DNA of 64,000 nt from Alphaproteobacteria bacterium. Its GTDB lineage: Bacteria; Pseudomonadota; Alphaproteobacteria; UBA9655. The notes under the pieces were generated by a model. That model made no database searches. It saw nothing but the letters and a program-made list of their open reading frames with translations, and was not told where the DNA came from. This document shows, in pieces, positions 9,304 through 18,512 of this stretch; position 1 is the stretch's first letter; each line of letters starts with the position of its first letter. The stretch covers positions 3,001 to 67,000 of the forward strand of contig JACDGE010000007.1 in the NCBI GenBank assembly GCA_013815465.1, read 5' to 3'. A program made the translations under genes and the position numbers.

Positions 9304-10165
9304 AATTATCGATGGCCGTATAGTTGCGGCAGAAAAAAAAGAACAACTCTCTGCGTTAGCCAAGACTCTTGAAGAAAAGACAGGGATTAAACCAGGCCTT
9401 GCTGTTTTGAGAGTGGGAGACGATCCCGCAAGTCAACTCTATGTTAACATGAAGGGAATTCACTCTAGAGAGCTAGGCTATCATTTTGAAGAGCATGTTT
9501 TTCCAGCGTGGACTCCGTCAGAAGTGTTGGAGCAGAGAATCAAAGAACTTAACGAAGCGAATCATGTCCATGGGATCATCCTTCAGCTTCCTCTGCCTCT
9601 TGGTTTAGATAAGTTTTATTTTCTCTCTCTTATTGATCCCGCTAAAGATGTCGATGGTTTACATCCCCTCAATGCGGGAAAATTTTTTCAAGGAATAGGG
9701 GGAGGATTTGTTCCTTGTACGCCTCTCGGGTGTCTTGAGCTCATCAAAACTGTTCACAATGACTTGGAAGGGCTGAATGCATGCGTTGTTGGACGTTCTC
9801 TCCTTGTCGGACTACCCATGGCGGCTTTGTTGCTGCAGCAAAATTGTACTCTATCGATTGCTCATTCGAAAACCCAAAACTTGCCGGCTCTCTGTAAGGC
9901 GGCGAATATCCTTGTTGTTGCCATTGGAAGTCCTCGTTTTATCCCAGGAGAATGGATTCAAAAGGGAGCAACAGTAATTGATGTCGGAATCAATCGGCTT
10001 CCTACAGGGGAGCTTGCGGGAGATGTTGATTTTGCGAGTGCTCGATTAAGAGCGGGGGCTATTACACCCGTTCCCGGTGGGGTAGGTCCCATGACGGTTG
10101 TTTCCCTTCTCCGCAACACCTTAGAGGCAGCTTTTCATTATGCAGGCGAACCTTTCCCTCTTTAA
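9296..10165 (+). CDS. folD: Bifunctional methylenetetrahydrofolate dehydrogenase/methenyl-THF cyclohydrolase
   Basis: 289 aa with a GTG start. LAVLRVGDDPASQLYVNMK, DVDGLHPLNAGK, VVGRSLLVGLPMAALL and PVPGGVGPMTV are classic FolD blocks. Confidence 0.92.
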   Translation: MSKIIDGRIVAAEKKEQLSALAKTLEEKTGIKPGLAVLRVGDDPASQLYVNMKGIHSRELGYHFEEHVFPAWTPSEVLEQRIKELNEANHVHGIILQLPLPLGLDKFYFLSLIDPAKDVDGLHPLNAGKFFQGIGGGFVPCTPLGCLELIKTVHNDLEGLNACVVGRSLLVGLPMAALLLQQNCTLSIAHSKTQNLPALCKAANILVVAIGSPRFIPGEWIQKGATVIDVGINRLPTGELAGDVDFASARLRAGAITPVPGGVGPMTVVSLLRNTLEAAFHYAGEPFPL

Positions 10166-10864
10166 AAAATTCGTAGATCTTTTAATCCCTTTCAGGTGCG
10201 CGAAGTGCGGAACCATTTTGGAAAATCGTCATGGGCTCTGTGCAGATTGTTGGACACTCATTCCTTTTATCACAGAGCCTATTTGCGATTGTTGTGGACT
10301 TCCCTTTGATTTTGAAATTGAAGATGGGGCCCTTTGTGGGAGGTGTAGTCATGTCCATCCGCCTTACACAACAGCCCGTTCTGTCTTTGTTTATACGCCT
10401 CAAAGTAAAGACCTTATCTTGAAGTTTAAACATACGGATAGTGTTCATTCTGCTCCTCTTTTTGCGGAGTGGATGGCGCGGCTGGTGAAGGGCGCTGAAA
10501 ATCCCCTTTGTATCCCTGTTCCTCTCCATTGGACGCGCCTTTTTATGAGAACCTACAACCAAGCTGGCCTTCTAGCGCGAAACATTGCGAAATACAACGA
10601 TTGGACTTATGCGCCTTCTCTTTTGATTCGAAAGCGACGGACCCCTTCTCAAGGACATTTTTCAAAAGCCGAGCGGGTCAAAAATATTAAGGGGGCATTT
10701 ATTGTCCGCGAGGGAAAAAAAACGAACTTTTGGGGAGGTCCGTGGTTCTGGTGGATGACGTTTTTACAACAGGCGCAACCCTGAATGCCTGTTCTAAAAC
10801 GTTGTTGAAGGCGGGTGCGAAAGAGGTGCATGCCTTAACCCTAGGAAGGGTTGTGAAGGGGTAA
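10140..10864 (+). pseudogene. comF: ComF-family phosphoribosyltransferase-like gene, interrupted by a frameshift in an A8 run
   Basis: The N-terminal double zinc-finger (CAKCGT...CADCW...CDCCGLPF...CGRC) is in the track frame. The conserved PRT C-terminus [42 protein letters not shown] is in the -1 frame after A8 at 10715-10722. Confidence 0.7.
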
Positions 10865-10867
10865 TGA

Positions 10868-11012
10868 TACCCTGGGGCTTTTAGGTTTCGGGAGCGTGCC
10901 ATTCGGATCCCGCCCTCAGGCCCGTAGAAGAATACGCTCATGGGGCTCACTACTCGAGCGCCTACCCAGTTCCCCGCCTTCGCGAGGACAAGCCTTGAAA
11001 TTCTTTAAGTAT
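10868..11012 (-). mobile_element. MITE-like repeat, copy b (composite of type I core plus type II module), TA-flanked
   Basis: Minus-strand reading: TA-CTTAAAGAATTTCAAGGCTTGTCCTCGCGAAGGCGGGGAACTGGGTAGGCGC...GAGCGTATTCTTCTACGG...AGCCCCAGGG-TA. Starts 4 nt after the comF stop. Confidence 0.6.
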
Positions 11013-11062
11013 AATAGAGCTCTTTCGAAACATAGCATGATATAGAGTGGGTCCATAAAATT

Positions 11063-11197
11063 AGATCTCGGCTCAAGGCCTGGATGACAGCGTCGGAGTT
11101 TTTACCCGTATAATCAATAGATTGTGCAATGTAAAACAATGTTTATTGTTGAGCTTTTACACTCTCAATCTGTCATCCCGACCTTGAGCCGGGATCT
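11063..11197. repeat. Long imperfect inverted repeat (28-nt arms, AT-rich spacer about 79 nt)
   Basis: AGATCTCGGCTCAAGGCCTGGATGACAG (11063-11090) against CTGTCATCCCGACCTTGAGCCGGGATCT (11170-11197). 25 of 28 positions are complementary by my count. Confidence 0.6.
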
Positions 11198-11286
11198 AAT
11201 CCTCATTTTGAAAGAAGTCTAATGTCCATTTGATCAAAGGCCCTTTTTCTGGCATAATAAAAACATCATAGAAGAAAGGATTTAAC

Positions 11287-12465
11287 ATGGCAAAAGAGGT
11301 GGTCATTCTAGGCGCAAAAAGGACTCCCATGGGTGTCTTTCAAGGCGAGCTTTCGGCTGTGAAAGCAACCCAGCTGGGTTCCATCGCTATTCAAGGGGCG
11401 ATTGAAGCGTCCCATGTTTCCCCATCCGAAGTGGAAGAAGTTTTGATGGGATGCGTCCTTTCGGCTGGCCTCGGTCAGGCTCCTGCTCGTCAAGCTTCCC
11501 TTGGTGCTGGAGTTCCCAACAGCGTTCCGTGTATGACCATTAACAAGGTCTGTGGATCAGGCATGAAAGCCGTGATGATTGCGGCCTCTAACATTCGCCT
11601 GGGGGATGTTAACGTGGCGGTTGCAGGAGGCATGGAAAGCATGAGTAATGCGCCTTACCTCCTCGAAAAAGCTCGCAGTGGCTATCGGATGGGCCATGGA
11701 CGCTTGAGCGATTCTATGTTGATGGATGGTCTGGAAAATGCATATGACCATCTTGCTATGGGGGTGTTTGCAGAACGAACGGCTCAAAAGTATCATTTTA
11801 CGCGTGAGGCTCAAGACGCCTTTGCCATTTCCTCCGATGAGAAAGCTATTGCGGCGACGAAGGGTGGCACATTCGCAGCTGAAATTACCCCTGTCCATTT
11901 AGAAGTGGGGAGAATCAGCATCAACATGACCCAAGATGAAGCGCCCTTCCGGGTTAAAATCGAGAAAATACCAACCTTAAGGCCGGCTTTTGAAAAGGAT
12001 GGAACAGTCACAGCCGCTAATTCGAGCAGCATCAGTGATGGAGCTGCAGCCCTTGTTCTCGCAAGCCGTACGTACACGGACCAGCACAACCTTAAGCCCA
12101 GGGCGGTGATTCGAGGGTATGCGACCCACGCCCAAGAGCCCGAGTGGTTTACGACAGCCCCCGTTAAAGCGATCCAGAAACTTCTTGATTCTTTGGGGTG
12201 GACCATAGGGGAGGTGGATTTGTTTGAAATTAATGAGGCTTTTGCCGTCGTGACCATGGCGGCGATGGCTGAGTTGAAGATTCCCCCAGAAAAAGTAAAT
12301 GTTCATGGAGGAGCCTGCGCCCTGGGTCATCCCATTGGAGCCTCAGGCGCTCGTATCCTTGTAACATTGCTAAATGCCCTCGAACGGAAAGGATTAAAAC
12401 GCGGCATTGCTAGCCTCTGCATTGGCGGCGGAGAATCCACCGCCATGGCAATTGAGGTGGTTTAG
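11287..12465 (+). CDS. Acetyl-CoA C-acetyltransferase (thiolase II)
   Basis: 392 aa. NKVCGSGMKAV (active-site Cys), NVHGGACALGHPIGASGARI and LCIGGGES are thiolase signatures. Confidence 0.92.
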   Translation: MAKEVVILGAKRTPMGVFQGELSAVKATQLGSIAIQGAIEASHVSPSEVEEVLMGCVLSAGLGQAPARQASLGAGVPNSVPCMTINKVCGSGMKAVMIAASNIRLGDVNVAVAGGMESMSNAPYLLEKARSGYRMGHGRLSDSMLMDGLENAYDHLAMGVFAERTAQKYHFTREAQDAFAISSDEKAIAATKGGTFAAEITPVHLEVGRISINMTQDEAPFRVKIEKIPTLRPAFEKDGTVTAANSSSISDGAAALVLASRTYTDQHNLKPRAVIRGYATHAQEPEWFTTAPVKAIQKLLDSLGWTIGEVDLFEINEAFAVVTMAAMAELKIPPEKVNVHGGACALGHPIGASGARILVTLLNALERKGLKRGIASLCIGGGESTAMAIEVV

Positions 12466-12474
12466 GAGGGTTTT

Positions 12475-13440
12475 CTAAAGATCCTGCTCAGGTTGCTCTA
12501 TGTCTTGTTCATGCATATCGTCTTCAGGTGGCCATTGTATTGTGCTTAATTCTATAACGTGAATGGAACTACCGAAAGAAAACCCGCAGTCTATAAAATC
12601 TCCTTTGTGACGGTTAAAAAGCTCAGGATTAAACTCTCGTAACCAACTCGCTGAATGATTTTTTAAACGATCCAGCGTATTGGATCCCCATGTGTTTTCT
12701 AAAAATACTTCAAACTTCCTTTTGCCTAATGAGAATGAATATGATTGAAAGTCGTTAGTATGTTTCTTTAATGACCGTCCTAAAGATTTTTGATCGTCTT
12801 TATAAGTGCTAGCTTGGCTGTAAGGATACCAGGTCATCTCACACGGTTCATTTAAAAAATATAATACCTGCGAGGCACTTAATGTGTAATTCATGGTGGC
12901 TAGATATTTCTTATACTCTTTATTTTGAACAGAGCAGTGCTTTCCTTCTAGTCCTTGCTCCTTGTAGAAATCTTTAGGCCTTAAATATTTCTTAAAAAGA
13001 TTAGAATAATAATGTATAAGTTTTTCTTTTGCGCATACTCCTTCGTCAATTGTAATGCCTGCTCTATTAGCCATGGCCGTCCAAATGAGTGGATGTTGGA
13101 AATAAGTATACATTGCTTTTGAAGTACTAGAACACGCCAGTATATCAGTTGCGGTGAATGTCCCCAACAGAGCGGCCGGTTCATGAAGCGCATCGATGTA
13201 AAAACTTCCTTTGCCTGTGATGGGATCTGTATCTAGAAACAACAAGGCCGGGACACACGAAGCGCATTTATGGGAAGGACTTTCAGATATAATCATTTTG
13301 CATTCATCCGCATTAGCCTGCTTCTGACTCATGCTGATGTTATGCTTGGGGTCCTTATCAAGGCTGGGCTCCATCGCAAAGAGGGGATTGGTTGTCAAAA
13401 TAACAGCACTTACCATTAAATTAAACAATTGCTTTTTCAT
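12475..13440 (-). CDS. Secreted F-box-like motif protein, paralog B
   Basis: Start chosen at MKKQLFNLMVSAVILTTNPLFA, followed by MEPSLDKD. The leader is nearly identical to paralog A. F-box-like segment FTATDILACSSTSKAMYTYFQHPLIWTAM. GGAG RBS. Confidence 0.55.
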   Translation of the reverse strand: MKKQLFNLMVSAVILTTNPLFAMEPSLDKDPKHNISMSQKQANADECKMIISESPSHKCASCVPALLFLDTDPITGKGSFYIDALHEPAALLGTFTATDILACSSTSKAMYTYFQHPLIWTAMANRAGITIDEGVCAKEKLIHYYSNLFKKYLRPKDFYKEQGLEGKHCSVQNKEYKKYLATMNYTLSASQVLYFLNEPCEMTWYPYSQASTYKDDQKSLGRSLKKHTNDFQSYSFSLGKRKFEVFLENTWGSNTLDRLKNHSASWLREFNPELFNRHKGDFIDCGFSFGSSIHVIELSTIQWPPEDDMHEQDIEQPEQDL

Positions 13441-13486
13441 AAAAAAACTCCTTAATAACAACAAAACAAATGTTAAACATACTCAA

Positions 13487-13515
13487 TTAATAGAACTATA
13501 TAACAATATTGTCAA
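13487..13515 (-). promoter_or_regulatory. Sigma70-like promoter for paralog B
   Basis: On the minus strand, TTGACA, a 17-nt spacer, then TATTAA, about 45 nt upstream of the ATG at 13440. Confidence 0.45.
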
Positions 13516-13824
13516 GTAAGTTACTAGATAATTATTTTATGGGACTTTTCGGGAAAAGCAATTGCTGCGTCGCCTTTGGCTCCGCGCAATGACGATAATT
13601 TATTGTTCTTTAACAAAGAAGCACATGCCTTATTCCACGCTCGAGTTAAATTTATAAAAATTTTTTTCATTTAATTTGTTTAATTAAATGAAATATCTGT
13701 CTAAAATTTTTTTAAATTTTTAGTTGATTTGACATATCAATATGCTAAGATAATCGGCATGACGAATAGGGACTGCCCCCCTATTCGTCACTAAACATAA
13801 CAACCCTTAACGAGAGGATTTATC

Positions 13825-14061
13825 ATGTCTGATCAAACCATAACGCACTTACACGCCACTTTAAAAGCACTAAATACACGCCTTAATAAATTGGACCGCA
13901 CCATTGACGAATTCCAAAAACTGGCCTACCGCTATCACCGGCTTTCCTATGAAATTAACCAAATAGACGTTATGGCTTTTCAGGTGAGGCAAGAATTTGA
14001 TCTGGTGAGGGACGCGTATCGAAAGATTGGAGGCATTGGATATATTTTTAACTTTTTGTGA
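13825..14061 (+). CDS. Small hypothetical coiled-coil protein
   Basis: 78-aa ORF with GAGAGGA 7 nt upstream of the ATG and a heptad-like composition. No family recognised. Confidence 0.35.
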   Translation: MSDQTITHLHATLKALNTRLNKLDRTIDEFQKLAYRYHRLSYEINQIDVMAFQVRQEFDLVRDAYRKIGGIGYIFNFL

Positions 14062-14088
14062 GGGGGTATAAACGCGACCCCTCCTCGG

Positions 14089-14181
14089 GCGTCATCCCCG
14101 AGAGCGCGAAACGCGAGTCGGGGACCCAGAAAGCTTGTATATTAAATGTTTCCTGGGTTCCCGCCTACGTGGGAATGACGC
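14089..14181. repeat. Nested palindromic intergenic repeat between convergent genes
   Basis: GCGTCATCCCC...GGGGACCCAG // CCTGGGTTCCC...GGGAATGACGC; the outer and inner arms are complementary with single mismatches. Confidence 0.55.
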
Positions 14182-14210
14182 TGAAAGGTAACTGGACTAA
14201 TAAGTACTTC

Positions 14211-15215
14211 CTATAGCTTCGCCATCGCTAGAGCCGTATCAGCCATACGATTGGAAAAACCCCACTCATTATCGTACCAGGATAAAATCCGACAGAATGT
14301 CCCGTTCACCACGTGAGTCTCACTTAAATCAAAGATTGAGCTCGCTGAATTGTGGTTGAAATCGATAGAAACCAGGGGCTCATTATTAACGGCGAGCACA
14401 CCCTGTAGCTCACCTTCTGCAGCTTCTGCCATCAGATTGTTAATTTCCGCTTGAGAGGTTGCACGCTTCGCTTCAAAGGTTAAATCCACTAAAGAAACGT
14501 TGGCTGTGGGCACACGAACGGCTGTGCCATCCAGTTTTCCCTTTAATTCAGGGAGAACTAACCCGACGGCTTTTGCCGCACCTGTTGAGGCAGGAATTAG
14601 GGAAAGGCCAGCAGCCCGCGCGCGCCGCAAATCCGTGTGGAGTGTATCAACAATGTTTTGATCTCCCGTATAGGAATGGATAGTTGTCATAAATCCGTGC
14701 TGAATGCCGATGGTCTTGTTCAGAATATAAGCTACAGGTGCTAAACAGTTTGTCGTGCAGGATGCATTGGAAACAATTTTGTGTTCAGGCTTTAATTCCT
14801 TGTGGTTCACGCCCCAGACGACTGTTAAGTCAGCCCCTTCTGCTGGAGCGGAAATAAGAACTTTTTTAGCCCCAGCTGTCAGATGCTTTGCCGCAGCGTC
14901 CCGTTTGGTAAACCGTCCTGAACACTCCATCACGACATCAATGCCAAGATCTGACCAGGGCAGGGTGGCCGGATCGGGATTAGCAAAAACTTTTATGGAG
15001 TGACCATTAATTTTGAGGCCATCAGATAAGGTTTCCACCGTTCCAGGGAAAGGCCCATGAACGGAATCATATTTGAAAAGGTGGGCATTATCTGCGATAG
15101 AGCCTAAGTCATTGATCGCAACAACCTCGATGTCAGAACGACGGTTTTCCATAATGGCCCGTAAGACCAAACGTCCAATGCGCCCAAATCCGTTAATAGC
15201 AACTTTACATGTCAT
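14211..15215 (-). CDS. gap: Type I glyceraldehyde-3-phosphate dehydrogenase
   Basis: 334 aa. INGFGRIGR, the SNASCTTNCLAP active site, and WYDNEWGFSNR. Confidence 0.95.
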   Translation of the reverse strand: MTCKVAINGFGRIGRLVLRAIMENRRSDIEVVAINDLGSIADNAHLFKYDSVHGPFPGTVETLSDGLKINGHSIKVFANPDPATLPWSDLGIDVVMECSGRFTKRDAAAKHLTAGAKKVLISAPAEGADLTVVWGVNHKELKPEHKIVSNASCTTNCLAPVAYILNKTIGIQHGFMTTIHSYTGDQNIVDTLHTDLRRARAAGLSLIPASTGAAKAVGLVLPELKGKLDGTAVRVPTANVSLVDLTFEAKRATSQAEINNLMAEAAEGELQGVLAVNNEPLVSIDFNHNSASSIFDLSETHVVNGTFCRILSWYDNEWGFSNRMADTALAMAKL

Positions 15216-17209
15216 CGTTTTTCTCCTTTAACAATGTTTACAATATGGTTAGGCGTGAAGCCAAATTTTTCATAGAGGATTTCAGCGGGGGCTGACGTGC
15301 CGAATCGTTCTATACCGATCATGACGCCCTTTTCTCCGATATATTTATCCCATCCCATGGAGGTAGCGGCTTCAATGCCAACACGGAAAGTATCCTTGCC
15401 TAAGACTGAGTCCTTATAGGCTTGGTCTTGCTTCTCAAAGAGCTCCCAGCACGGCATAGAGACAACAGCAGTAGGAGTGCCCCTGTCCTCTAAAATCTTT
15501 TGAGCCTTGACCGCAATTTCAACTTCCGAGCCGGTTGCAAGCAAAGTCACCTCTCGTTTACTTGTAGCGTCTTTGAGAATATAGGCACCCTTAGCGGATA
15601 AATTCTGAGAAATATCAGTCCGTAAAAGCGTAAGTTTTTGACGTGTCAGAGCAAGAAGGGAAGGGCAGTTTTGGGATGCAAGTGCAAGGGCCCAACATTC
15701 CGCTACCTCAACCGCATCTGCGGGGCGGAAAACCTGAAGGTTGGGAATGGCCCGGAGGGATGCAAGATGCTCAATAGGTTGATGGGTAGGACCATCTTCC
15801 CCCAGACCAATGGAATCATGGGTCATCACGTAAATCACCTGAATCCCCATCAAAGCCGAGAGACGAATGGCAGGCCTGCAATAATCACTGAAAGTTAAAA
15901 ACGTGCCCCCATAGGGGAGAAAACCACCATGGAGTGCGATGCCATTCATGGCAGCAGCCATGCCATGCTCACGTACGCCGTAACGGATATATTTTCCCTT
16001 ATAATCACCAGGCTCTATATCGCTCATGTCTTTAGCTTTTGTATTATTAGATGGGGTAAGATCAGCTGAACCGCCGACCAATCCAAGAAGATGGGGCGAA
16101 ACGGCATCTAATACCATTTGGGAAGACTGACGCGTTGCCACACTCGTTTTTTCCGCCACAAATTTTTCAAGCAAAATGGTAAGAGGTTCCTGCCAGTTGA
16201 GAGGCAAATCCCCCTTCAGGCGTCGTTCAAATTCCCCTTTTTTAGGGTGCTTTGACAGCCGTCCTTCCCACGCCTTCCGAGCTTCAAGATGTCGTTTACC
16301 TGCATTGCGCCAAGGGACAAGAATCGGTTCAGGAATCACAAAGGGTTCTGAACTCCAATGAATGTGTTCCCTTGTCGCCTTTATTTCTTCCGCACCCAAT
16401 GGAGATCCATGGGTCGCCGCGGTTCCCCCTTTGTTGGGAGCACCTTTGCCGATCGTGGTTTTGCACGCAATCATCACGGGCTGTGTGGCGTGTTGAGCTT
16501 GTCGAAGGGCCGTTTCAATGTCATCAAAGTTATGTCCATCAATGGCCATGACCTCCCAATGGGAAGCTTTAAATCGCTCGAGTTGGTTATCAGAAACAGA
16601 CAAATCAGTCGGCCCATCAATGGAAATCTGATTGTCATCAAAAAGCACCACAAGATTGTTAAGTTTTAAGTGCCCTGCCAATGAAATCGCTTCGTGGGAT
16701 AAACCTTCCATAAGGCATCCATCACCCACAATCACATAGGTTTTGTGATCAACAAGGTCAGCTCCAAACTGAGTTTTCAGCATTTTTTCGGCGATCGCCA
16801 TACCGACTGCATTCCCGAGCCCCTGTGCTAGTGGCCCAGTGGTGGTTTCAATGCCAGGAGCATCTCCGTATTCAGGATGCCCCGCCGTGCGACTCCCCCA
16901 TTGACGGAAGTTTTTGATTTCCTCAATTGTCATGTCCTCATAGCCGGTCAAATAAAGAAGGGCATAAAGGAGCATGGAGCCATGGCCGGCTGATAGAACA
17001 AATCGATCCCGGTCGGGCCAATGGGGAGCCGTTGGATCAAACTTCAAGAACTTCGAGAATAAGACGGTTGCTACATCAGCCATCCCCATGGGCATGCCTG
17101 GGTGTCCAGAGTTGGCCTTTTCAACCCCATCCATCGCCAGAGCCCGAATGGCGTTGGCCATGCCCTGGAGTTGGGGTTGTAGGCAAGGTTGATGAAGAGC
17201 TGTGGTCAT
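15212..17209 (-). CDS. tkt: Transketolase
   Basis: 665 aa. The SGHPGMPMGMADV, GDGCLMEGLSHEA (ThDP motif) and HDSIGLGEDGPTHQP blocks. ATGA overlap with gap. Confidence 0.95.
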   Translation of the reverse strand: MTTALHQPCLQPQLQGMANAIRALAMDGVEKANSGHPGMPMGMADVATVLFSKFLKFDPTAPHWPDRDRFVLSAGHGSMLLYALLYLTGYEDMTIEEIKNFRQWGSRTAGHPEYGDAPGIETTTGPLAQGLGNAVGMAIAEKMLKTQFGADLVDHKTYVIVGDGCLMEGLSHEAISLAGHLKLNNLVVLFDDNQISIDGPTDLSVSDNQLERFKASHWEVMAIDGHNFDDIETALRQAQHATQPVMIACKTTIGKGAPNKGGTAATHGSPLGAEEIKATREHIHWSSEPFVIPEPILVPWRNAGKRHLEARKAWEGRLSKHPKKGEFERRLKGDLPLNWQEPLTILLEKFVAEKTSVATRQSSQMVLDAVSPHLLGLVGGSADLTPSNNTKAKDMSDIEPGDYKGKYIRYGVREHGMAAAMNGIALHGGFLPYGGTFLTFSDYCRPAIRLSALMGIQVIYVMTHDSIGLGEDGPTHQPIEHLASLRAIPNLQVFRPADAVEVAECWALALASQNCPSLLALTRQKLTLLRTDISQNLSAKGAYILKDATSKREVTLLATGSEVEIAVKAQKILEDRGTPTAVVSMPCWELFEKQDQAYKDSVLGKDTFRVGIEAATSMGWDKYIGEKGVMIGIERFGTSAPAEILYEKFGFTPNHIVNIVKGEKR

Positions 17210-17295
17210 ATTTTATTTCCGATTTTTGGATTATGGTAAATAAGATGCCTCTCTAGGTTGCTCCCGTCAATAGGGATAAAAGACACCTCTATGAG

Positions 17296-17324
17296 TTGAC
17301 AAAATTAAAAAAATTTTCTATACA
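17296..17324 (+). promoter_or_regulatory. Sigma70-like promoter for paralog C
   Basis: TTGACA (17296-17301), a 17-nt spacer, then TATACA (17319-17324). The track ORF start at 17296 is the -35 hexamer itself, which supports the downstream ATG at 17362. Confidence 0.45.
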
Positions 17325-17361
17325 AAAGAATTATTTATTATTTTATTACGGAATTGTTTTT

Positions 17362-18273
17362 ATGAAGAAACAAATTTTCTCCTTCATTTTGGCGGCGGCT
17401 ATTTTTTCAACGAGTTCTGCTTTTTGTATGGAGAGGGAACAAGAATATGAATTAGGTATTCTTTGCCGGCTCTCTTCTATTCCGGGTATCCATTCGGAGA
17501 TGTTCAAAAACCTATCTGACCCGGCCATTCGATCCTTGTTCCTTGTATCAAAACTTTACAACAAGCTCGTTACCACTAAGATAGGGATAGGAACACTCTA
17601 CTTAAATGTCTTCTTACTTAATGCTACGTCAAGTCGCCTGCACGATTTTGAGGAGGTTGCATTTTCTTTGTATTTCACGAATGAAGGTAAAGACAGACAT
17701 TTTATAAAAAATATTCCTCTCTATACTGAATATTATCTACCCCGTATTCGAAACTGCGTTAGACCTAAAACATTAAAAATTTCTTTCCCCAAGACAGGCA
17801 GATTAAGTTTTTTGATAGAGAGCGCCTCAGAAAATCTTGAGGATATTCCCTTATACAATAAAGGCTATAAACATTTTGATGACCTCAAAAACACCATAGA
17901 GCCTGAAAGATCAAAAATTGCAAAAAGCTCAGTCTTCAATCTCGAGCTACGTGTTATTGAGTCCACCTTAATGTCTGGTTGTGTTTATGGTGTCTATACC
18001 ATCTACAATGCTAATGATGAGAAAGACAATATTATACAAGAGAGCTTTGAATGGAATCAAAATCAAATTGTGAATAGCGCAGACGCGGCTTGGCGTGCGC
18101 TGGATAATGATTGGCAAAAGAAAGCATTAAAGCAGGCCGAGTTAGCATTAAAGAAATCCCAATATGAATCGGACTCACGTAGTCCGGACGAAGACAGGGA
18201 GGTTGCTCCATGGAAAAAATTAATAATAAAAAATATCCAACATCCAGTAGAATGGATCAAGAATAAATTATAA
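17362..18273 (+). CDS. Secreted F-box-like motif protein, paralog C
   Basis: Start chosen at MKKQIFSFILAAAIFSTSSAFC, followed by MEREQEYE. Weaker F-box-like segment LSDPAIRSLFLVSKLYNKLV. Confidence 0.5.
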   Translation: MKKQIFSFILAAAIFSTSSAFCMEREQEYELGILCRLSSIPGIHSEMFKNLSDPAIRSLFLVSKLYNKLVTTKIGIGTLYLNVFLLNATSSRLHDFEEVAFSLYFTNEGKDRHFIKNIPLYTEYYLPRIRNCVRPKTLKISFPKTGRLSFLIESASENLEDIPLYNKGYKHFDDLKNTIEPERSKIAKSSVFNLELRVIESTLMSGCVYGVYTIYNANDEKDNIIQESFEWNQNQIVNSADAAWRALDNDWQKKALKQAELALKKSQYESDSRSPDEDREVAPWKKLIIKNIQHPVEWIKNKL

Positions 18274-18512
18274 ATAACTCAGCCCGATATAAGAACGATT
18301 GAAAGGGAGCTAAGGCCTTACCCACCCAAGGATATCGTCCTTAACTTGTTTCCAGGATCTAAACTATAGGGATGATGTTCCCTATCGTTATGCTCATCTT
18401 GGTTCAGCAAGCTAGCGGGGAGGATGGTTAAAGTGTGGGACTATGCATAGCCAAGCTCAAGTGCTTTAAGAGGTACAGATTAAGACTTAAGCAGTCCTTG
18501 ATTGGGGCAGGA

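Noticed and set aside
18290-18345. Possible seventh, degenerate copy of the CAAAGGATTTCAAG-type element (ATTGAAAGGGAGCTAAGGCC and TACCCACCCAAGGATATCG)
   Set aside because: Only short, gapped resemblance to the element termini, in the wrong relative order for a single copy. This is not enough to call without a profile search.
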